Source of the DNA: the human T2T-CHM13v2.0 reference genome, Homo sapiens
Assembly: GCF_009914755.1 (NCBI RefSeq)
Contig: NC_060933.1
Strand: one strand, 5' to 3'
Length of the DNA stretch: 64,000 nucleotides
Below, piece by piece: positions 54,769-64,000 of the stretch. The position numbers were made by a program, and so were the translations under genes. Each line of letters begins with the position of its first letter. Position 1 is the stretch's first letter. The notes beneath the pieces were generated by a model. It saw only the letters and a list, made by a program, of their open reading frames with translations, was not told the origin of the DNA and searched no databases.

Positions 54769-57027
54769 CAGTGCCTGGCTGCCACCTCGCCTCTCCCTAC
54801 TGAGGACGGTGCCGCCATGCGGCCTCGACACAGCCGACACTCGGGAGCCTCACCAGATCCACCGTCCAAATGCGTGGCCCAGACTGAGAGACCTCCCTCC
54901 TCTCCACTCCCGAAAGCTCCGTTGTCAACCAGCTTGCACCCGTGGATATATGGCATTGACCCGCTTGCTTTGATACGAAACAAAAAAGCAGACGACTCCT
55001 TCATCCCATCTGCTCCTACCGTGACTGTGGAGTGACGCCTCCTGTGCAGTGCAGATTTGCCCTCCCTGCCTCCTCCCTGTCCTGCCGCGCAGCCAGGGCG
55101 CCTTCTCAGCAGTGCTTCCGGCCCAGCCGCCCATCCCTAGGCACAGTGATTTGGCAGCAGGGTCATTTTACTTTGAGGCTTTTTGTTTTAAAATGTAGCC
55201 AAGGTTTTTACAAAGGGGAAAGGAAAAGAAAACAAAAACGCAAGCTCCATGTGTATAGCTGAACTTTTATATGTTTCTTGCCAGCCCCTCCGCTCCCTTC
55301 CATCTCTAGCCTCTGTCCTGTTTAGTTTGATACGTCACTGCAGTACCTTAAGAGGTGACTCTTAAGAATGCATCCCCTCCTGATTCCTCAGCTGGTTCAC
55401 CCTTGAGGTTATTTGCAAAAAGAAAAGGAGGTTCTTGAGGGCACCGATTGCGAGCATTCTGGTGCCTGGCTCCCCGCCTGGGAAGCGATGGGGTGCTCAG
55501 AGCAGCAGGCAGGTTGGGGGAGGGGGGGGGTCATAGTTGGGTTCCAGCTCCTGGCTTGATGAGCCCAGGGCGCTTACAGGCAGCCCATGAAGTTGATGAC
55601 AGTTTTAGCATGAGAATCACACAGGGTCCCTGTCCTGGGCTCCTCTAAAGCCAGTGGATGTGCTGGGCACCAGAGACAAATCATGGAGATGGCTGCTGGT
55701 GGCTCCCAGGTTGGCCCAGATGGGGTGAGCTGACATACTACAGGCCCATCCCAGGCCCCGTGGGCTCTGCTTCTGGGGCTCCATACCCTGCCCTGCAGGG
55801 GTGCTGTGTTTTTCACACATTTCTTTCCCTGAAGCCTTCTGTAACCTGTCATTTTCCTTCCTTCCTCTTCCGGAGCCTGCTGCTTTCTCTGGACCTGTCT
55901 CCACCTCCCACACAGCTCATCGTGAACACCACTTGGTGATGGAGGGAGTGGACCCGTGTGTGGTCCCCAAGTGAGGCCACTGGGAGTTTGTCCTTTTCCT
56001 CCTTTGCTTCACTCCCAGCAGCAGACCCAGGTTGTCAGGACAGGAGGGCCTGAGCTAAGCAGTAGGCATCAGTCTCGTTTGTCTTCAGACGGCGGGGGCA
56101 GGTCCAGGGTGAGGCTGGGTGGAGGGCTGACCAAGGTCCAAAGGGCCTGCGCAGCCTCCGGGAGGGCAGCTTCTCCAGCCAGAGGCTTGTGTGAGCCATC
56201 GTGTGCTGGGCTTGTTTTTAAGTAAGAAACAAGGAAATCACTCCAGATTCTGTCATTCCAAGGAAAGGGAAGGGGACAGTTCAGGTTTCTCAGCTGTTCT
56301 TAGGGGTCACTGAGCGTCTACCTCCTCCTCCAGAGGAGGCTGGCTCAGAACACCTAGAGGAGGGGGCCGGGGATGCACCCCCCACCAGAGGCTGCCTTCA
56401 GCGTCTCACGGGTGCAGGACAGCGCTCAGGCTTGGGCTCTAAGCTCTGTGTCTAGTGTAGAACATGGGGAAGGAGCATCTTAGGAACTGCTGAAGTAACT
56501 TCTTACTGCTCTCACAATTCTAAGGAAGCGGGAGAACGGCCTCCTACCAACAGCGCCCACCCCAGAGCTGCCTGGGAAAGGGCAGTTTTACTGAAAGGTG
56601 CTTTACTGTTCACCTGCATCTTTCAGCAGCTCCCCTCCTGCCCTCACCTGGTCTTTTCCCTCTTTATCCCAAGCCTTTATGCTTGAGTCCCTTCCCCAGG
56701 GGCTGCCCACCCGACAGTTCCAGGCATTCCCTACCTGAGCTTCTTGTCTGCTTTTCCTTCTCCCACTGCAAGCGGCTGCTTGTGGGGCCTGGGATGAGCC
56801 CTCTCTGTCCCCACCGGCCCTCCTTGCCAAGCCATTCCTGGGTGAGTTCAGGCCTGCGGGAGCCACACATTCATCTCCACCTGGACACTTGAGCCGCATG
56901 GCCAGACCCCTCCCACCTGATGCGGTGGTGCGTGTGATTTGTCAAAAGAAAGCCTTCTGGATGCTGTTAAGATGTACCCTTCAGGTGAACCTGGTATCAG
57001 ACCCACAGTACTTGCTGTTTGAGAAAA

Positions 57028-57112
57028 AATAAAAACAAAAAGGTCACCTGTTCTCCAGCCCTTTTCTCTTACCTGGTATTTCCTTCCTTTCTCCTCCCCC
57101 ACCCCAAATAAA
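57028..57112 (+). terminator. Candidate proximal poly(A) signals (AATAAA at 57028 and 57107)
   Basis: Two hexamers followed by AU/GU-rich sequence (atttatttatatgtattgatgttgt). Confidence 0.45.
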
Positions 57113-59066
57113 AAAACAAAAAACACTAGAATTTATTTATATGTATTGATGTTGTAGGTCTAGGTGAAAAAAAAAGAAGTAAATGTTTCACTGCTCTATT
57201 TATATATAATGTCTGAATTAATTCTGTGCAGGAAAGGCCAGGAAATTGCATGTGAAGTTCGGTGCAGTCACCACCTCTGTGTGACCTGAGCTGCAGTCTC
57301 TTCGCTGAGATGCAGGTTTTAAATGAGACTTGGGGGGCTGAGGGCAGGCCTCAGGCCTCCCAGCGCCCCAACCCCTCCTTGGTCTAATGAAATGCAGTTC
57401 TTAGTGCAGAGATGTTTTAAGGTGCAATATATCTCTTCCTTTCCCGTGGTTTTAGAGCCAAGCTCAAGGTAGTAGGACGTAGGGTCTTATTTTGTTTTCA
57501 AACCCCCATCCTCAGAGCGCAGATACATGCAGAGGCTTCTGCCAGGATACCACGGGGCCTTAGTGGGAACAGGTGGAGACCAGCACTTCCCTTTCCTGCT
57601 GCTGAGGTAGGGATTGGGGGGTCAGAACCCACTCACTTTTGCCTGTTAAAGTTGCCCTCCTGACGCTGGCAGCTCTGCCTTGGTCACTGGGGATGCGGCT
57701 CGTTGCTCAGCCACCAGTGGCCTTGCGGTATTGTCCACCATCCACTAGAGTGGGATGAAGTCCAGAGTGTGGGTATACATCTCAGATGCCCATCTACCCA
57801 CTGGGGACTTCAATGCCAGCTGCATTTGGTTTGGTTTTCTTAACTGTTGGCTTCTCCCCACAGCGTTTTTTGTTTTTTTTTAAACATTCATATTGTTTTC
57901 AAACTTGGAATTCATAGACACTCTGGCTCTAGGTTCCTTAAGGGGGAAAACAAAAGATGACTTTATTTCACATTCAAGAAAATCAGTTCAGTTCCAAAGC
58001 TGTGGTCCTTCCAGCCACTTCTAGGGACACTGGGGAACCTTGTTAAACGTTGACATCAGTGCTCTCCAGCCGTGCTGTCACCCTCCTATCTTCTGGATCT
58101 GCCTTCGGGATGGTCAGTGACAGCTTCTGGAAGCTGAGCACACACAGGTGCACAGCCATGCTGTGGTCTGGCCTGCTACGGCAGCATGGCAGCTCTGGTG
58201 GAGCCTTCTCCCTTGCCATTTGGTTCCCCTGTGCCAAGTAGCTGCAGGCTGCCCCTCAAATCTTCATTTGTCCCTTTTCACTTCCTGCAGAACAAGCCTG
58301 GGTTAGAGGGTCTGCTGGAAATGGCCTTTGAAGACCAAGGATACCAGGATGTGTGCACTCTGTCGTGTTCTGTGATGAATGGGAAACGTAGGCTTCCAGA
58401 AAGCCAGCTCTCTTCTGAAATGTGACGGACCTAAGCAGGAAGTCATCCAGGACAGGAGTGGCTCAGTGTTGGGGATGGACGCTGTCGCCCAGCCATGCTC
58501 CACCAGGGCCACCAATGTGTAGTTGGCTGGTGGTCTTCGGGCATGTGAGACCTGCTCTTCACTGTTTCCACCCCACTTGGTGGCCTCCAGGATGGTAGTG
58601 GCACCCTCAGAGCCCCATCTTCAGCATGTTCTGAAGCCTCAGAGTGGAAATTCCTGCTAAGGCTCTGTGTGGACGCCTTTCTCCCGTGATCTAAAGGGGA
58701 CACTGTACTCAAGCTTTTGACCTCATGCCTTGTGTAGTAAAAAAGGATTTGGGGGTTTTGTTTGGTTCCTGAGAGGGTTGTGTTTTGTTTTTGTTTCCTT
58801 TTGTTTATGTTTTGGCCTTTCCTCTTTGTCTTTCCATGTAGACCAGATATTTGAAAGGGCAGACGATGGCTAGAGGTGTAATGTGCAGCTTGTTTATACG
58901 GTATTTTGGGAAACTTACCTTGGATGGGAAATCGAATCGTGGATTCACCAGGCCGGTGCTGGCACACTCACCCTCGCCCTTTCCCTCCGGTTCAGTACCT
59001 ATTGTTTCTCCTTTCAAATATGTGATTGTACTAGCTCTTTCCATATGAAAGAATTCTCCTTATTTA

Positions 59067-59072
59067 AATAAA
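59067..59072 (+). terminator. Distal poly(A) signal of PRRC2B
   Basis: AATAAA with upstream TGTA and downstream U/GU-rich tract. Confidence 0.8.
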
Positions 59073-60632
59073 AAAAGTTTAAAAAGATAAAGCTGAACGT
59101 GCTTTCTCAGGTTGTACATCCCTCGTTTCTTGGTCATTTGACCAGAGAGACCTACAGATCAAAGAATTCTAATTTTACAGAGTTCACACGGAAATTAGGA
59201 GTGGCACGGCTGAAATGCCTTAACAGAAGCTGTGTGGGTAGAGAAGGGATTGAAACCCGTGGCTAAGAAGCATCTTCCAAATGCGGCAGCATCAAGCACT
59301 CCACTCTCTTCCCACGGATGGCATCTGGTTGTGCACAGTGCCTGCCTGTGGCCCCGTCACTTGCCGTGAGAAACGAGCTGGTCAGAGGAGGTAAGCATTT
59401 GATGTGGCGTGTTGTGTTGTCACTTCTAGCGGTGCTTTTGCAGGAAGTGGAGGAGGATTATGCTGTGCTTTGGGGTGGGGAGGGAGCAAGCCAGGCCTGG
59501 GGTAGCGAAGGGTAAAAGGTAAGAATGGGCTGAGGCAGCAGTTCTCGGTTTTGCCATTGCCTCACTGACCTGGGGAAAGACGTTTCACCACCTGAGTCAG
59601 TCTCCTTAATCATAAAACACAGATTGTAATGGTATCGACCTCATGGCGTAGTGTGGATTCAAAGTCACCAGTAGCTTTTAGCTTAGTGCCTAGAACCAGC
59701 TAAGAAAACTTATAAATTACCCCCAAGAAATAAAACGCTGTTTCCATGAGGAACCCCAGTCCCTCAACTTCCTTCTAAGCCTTTTGACTATGGAAGAGAG
59801 TTGGGGACCTGGCCATGGGCATCTCAGCTTTAACTAGCCACACTCACTGCCCTGATTTACTGCTCCCTAGGGACAGGTGGCTCACAAAATCTCAAACGGA
59901 GACCAGCCCTGAAAGAGGCTAGTCCTAAGGTTGGGGGCTTGCAAGATGGAGGCTGTAAGTCCTGAGGCACCACCACTGTTAGCATGGCATGAACCAAAGC
60001 TTAACAGCCCAGCCCCACTCCCTCCTGGGGCCCAGGGAACCCTCCCTGCCCACTGTAAATACAGTTGCCTGCAGGCTCTGGCCACAAACCCAGGTGAGCC
60101 CCAGCTCCTTGCCTCTCTGTGGGATCTTGGGTGAGTCACATAACCCCTCAAGGGTAAGCCATAAAGAAGTAACCACGAAATTCTAACTGGTGTCATCTAA
60201 TGCTATGTTGCCCAACATGGAAAAAAAGTCTTGCAGGCAGCCAAGAACCATAATGAAGGTTATTAAACCTGCAGTGTGCCCTTTTGGTCTGTATAGATTA
60301 ACATACAAATAGACCAGGAGATCAAGAAGGAGCGAGGCTGAGAAGAGTGATCCATCAGCCTGGTTGCGTTGCTGTCAGTTACCCTGCTCTGGGTGCCGAC
60401 TGTTCAGGGAAAACATGGGAAGGGGTGCATTGACCCAACCAAAAGTACCATGTCTGCTCCAAAGCAGGCCTTTGGGAAGGCTCTTGACCCTCAGCAGAGG
60501 GGGCTGGAGAGGCTGATGGATGAGGAGGAGCCCTGGGAATGGAGGAAGAAGCCTCCAGTCTTCTGCCACGGAGTTTAGGGGAGATGCCCCCACTGGAGCC
60601 TCTGATGGTCATGCAGCCCCCACTGATGTCCA

Positions 60633-61520
<888 letters not shown>

Positions 61521-61764
61521 ACTAGGAGCAAACTGGCGCGCCCGGCAGAACGCCGTTGTGCAGACGCAGAATTAAGATCTTCACGCCAGATGGAGTGAAA
61601 AAGCAAGGAGCAGAAGATGGGTGGGAGCCCACTGCGCTTTTTAAAATCTGCACGTCTGCTTAGAGTACACAGAAATCCTGGCACACAAAACAGTAGCACC
61701 CGAGAGAGGGGAGGTCGCCGCGTTTCACACCTGCCTCTCCTCCGGGACCGGCGCCCTCGCCCGC

Positions 61765-61802
61765 TGCGCACGCGCGTCACCCTCTCCCAGTGCGCACGCG
61801 CG
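61765..61802. promoter_or_regulatory. Tandem NRF1-type motifs
   Basis: TGCGCACGCGCG at 61765-76 and 61791-802 match YGCGCAYGCGCR. Confidence 0.7.
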
Positions 61803-61967
61803 CTGCTGCCCGTCTGGCCCCGCAGGCTCGGTGAATCGAACGTTGAGCAGGGCGGTGGGTGGTGCGGAGTGCCGAGCGGCCTCACCCCCAACCGTCGGCC
61901 CAGTCGGACGGTTCCGAGGCGTTGCCGGGAGCCGGGCGCGGCTCTGTGTGGACTCGGAGAAACGCGG
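61790..61967 (+). other. POMT1: POMT1 non-coding exon 1 (TSS approximate; alternative donors after 61830 and 62144)
   Basis: In CpG island; donor CGG|gtacat at 61968; also TCG|gtgaat and GAA|gtaaga. Confidence 0.6.
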
Positions 61968-63112
61968 GTACATTTGGGGACACCGGGGACGAGAGCCCAG
62001 CCCGGACTTGGGGGAGTCCGTCAGTGCCGGACGCGGGTCCCTGGCTTGCGGACGGGCTGGGGCCGGGGGCGTCCCCGTCTTTCCGGAGCTGGGGGCGGGG
62101 TTCGGGCCCGGGCAGATGCGGCGTTCGGGCGGCCGAGCCCCGAAGTAAGAACTCCGTGGCGCGTGCAGCCCTAGGGAGGAAGGGCGTGCTGCGGGTGCAG
62201 TCTCAGGGTGAGGACGGAGCTGGGGCCGACGCAGCCTCGGGAGTTGGTGGACGGGACAGGTGCGGCCTGTGGGGAAGAAGGGCCGGCCAGGGAGATGCGG
62301 TCTGCAAGGGGAGAGGAGGCACTCCCAGGACAGATGGGACCTTTTGGGACGAAGGCGCTCAAGGCAGATGCAGCTCAGGGAGGGAAGGGCGCGTCCAGGG
62401 TAGATGGGGCCTGAGGAGACCAGCGGGGCGCCAACGGCCAGATGCGGCTTTGGTGTGAGACAGGGTGTCCCAGGCCTGATGCAGCCTCAAGAGAAGCGGA
62501 GCTCAAGGGAAGATGAAGCCTGGAGGAGAACGTGGGGGCGCAGGGTGCAAATGCACCCTCCAGGCGAGAAAGGGAGCACCCGGGGATGATGTGCCGCTGG
62601 GATAGAAGGCAGGGAGGCACTGGGGGCAGATGCATCCTTGAGGAGAGATGAGGAGGCCCCGAGGCTCGGCCAGGTTGGGGTCCCTGGGCTGTAAGCAGCT
62701 GAGATGGCACCCAGGAGCTGCCCAGGGTCAGGTAGCTGTGGCCGCACTGTGGGCTTCTGGTCGTCGGGGAGGGAGGGGAGAAACCCTGGCGTTCCTTAGC
62801 AGTGTTCTCGCGCCCAAGACGTGCTCGGCAGGTTTTGTGGAATGAGTTGTTGAAAGGAGTGAATGTCCAGTCCTGAGATCCCCTGAATTCCCACCCGAGT
62901 TCACTGCTAGTGCCCCTCACCCCACATGTCTACCTGAACCAAGGCTCCAGGAACTTCGGTCTTTCTCAGCAGCCCGGCTGTGCTGTGGTTCTCCTCGTGT
63001 GTCCGGGAGCCGGGTGGCTGGGGATCCCTTCTGTAGCCTCTCGTGAGCCCTCATGGACCACGGCTCCTCCCTTCTTTTCTAGGGCGTCTGCCTGAGCCCG
63101 CTTTTCTACAAG

Positions 63113-63234
63113 ATGTGGGGATTTTTGAAGCGCCCTGTAGTGGTGACGGCTGACATCAACTTGAGCCTTGTGGCCCTGACTGGGATGGGGTTACTGAGCC
63201 GGCTGTGGCGACTCACCTACCCGCGGGCTGTGGT
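63113..63234 (+). CDS. POMT1: POMT1 first coding exon (exon starts 63083): MWGFLKRPVVVTADINLSLVALTGMGLLSRLWRLTYPRAVV; protein O-mannosyltransferase 1
   Basis: ttttctag| acceptor 30 nt before ATG; GT|gtaagc donor; recognised N-terminus; gene continues beyond window. Confidence 0.95.
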
Positions 63235-63640
63235 GTAAGCTAAATGACTCCATTCCCAGGGTGAATCTAGAATTGTACTTTGTGACAGGAGGCGCCCTTA
63301 CTGAATAGCATAAATGGGAGAGTGAAATCCTGGCTTCTTGGTGATAGGTGTTTTTGGCAGTGAGAGGAGAGACCAGTCTGTCCCCAGGACAGCCCCAGCA
63401 GAGTACACCTTTTAGGTCTTGCCTTCTGAGTCTGTAACAGGTGAAATTTGGCCCATTAAAGGGGTGCAGTAGAGGAAAATCTGGTTGCCAGCCTTAAGTA
63501 ACAGTTTTAAAGTCTGGACGGCAGAGGATTAATGGATTTGGAAGTAAGTCTTCACTGTTGAGAGCACTTTTTAGAATGTGTTTTTGTCATAATGGGAAGT
63601 GATTGCTGTTATTATTGAAGGGCTCTTTATTAACTGATTA

Positions 63641-63643
<3 letters not shown>

Positions 63644-63691
<48 letters not shown>
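63644..63691. repeat. (TG)24 microsatellite forming the tail of an antisense Alu (63693-63972)
   Basis: Perfect dinucleotide run in the POMT1 intron. Confidence 0.95.
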
Positions 63692-63695
<4 letters not shown>

Positions 63696-64000
63696 TGAGA
63701 CGGAGTCTTGCTGTGTCGCCCAGGTTGGAGTGCAGTGGTGCCATCTCGGCTCACTGCAACCTCTGCCTCCTGGGTTCAAGCAATTCTCTGCCTCAGCCTC
63801 CCGAGTAGCTGAGATTACAGGTGCCCGCCACCACACCCAGCTAATTTTTGTATTTTTAGTAGAGACGGGATTTCACCATCTTGGCCAGGCTGGTATTGAA
63901 CTCCTGACCTCATGATCCACCCACCTGGGTCTCCCAAAGTGTTAGGATTACAGGCGTGAGCCACTCCGCCCTGCTGCATGTTCTTTTTTAACTTTTTATT

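Larger units (their letters stand above)
54769..59090 (+). other. PRRC2B: PRRC2B 3'UTR (~4.3 kb, no Alu insertion seen)
   Basis: Follows the stop codon; U/AU-rich blocks; ends after AATAAA 59067. Confidence 0.8.

Noticed and set aside
61617-62458. 185-199 aa Arg/Gly-rich ORFs
   Set aside because: Stop-codon depletion typical of a CpG island

Overview
Human (or very close primate) genomic DNA that I recognise as chr9q34. It holds the 3' ~90% of PRRC2B (BAT2L1) on the + strand. I traced 27 coding exons with consistent GT-AG phases from 3087 to the TGA at 54766-54768, including one 2082-nt symmetric exon, followed by a ~4.3-kb 3'UTR ending near AATAAA 59067. Two identical intronic box C/D snoRNAs (SNORD62A/B) lie in its 3' introns. 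About 2.7 kb downstream are the CpG-island promoter, non-coding exon 1 and first coding exon of POMT1. Introns are dense in Alu, old L1/L2/MIR and hAT elements, which explain most ORF-track entries. The best leads are: an 88-codon in-frame open extension behind the UGA-C stop of PRRC2B (readthrough or a Kozak-started dORF); candidate unannotated poison or alternative terminal exons in the 3' introns; the perfectly homogenised snoRNA pair, whose external stems use different sequences; and a four-layer nested retroinsertion.
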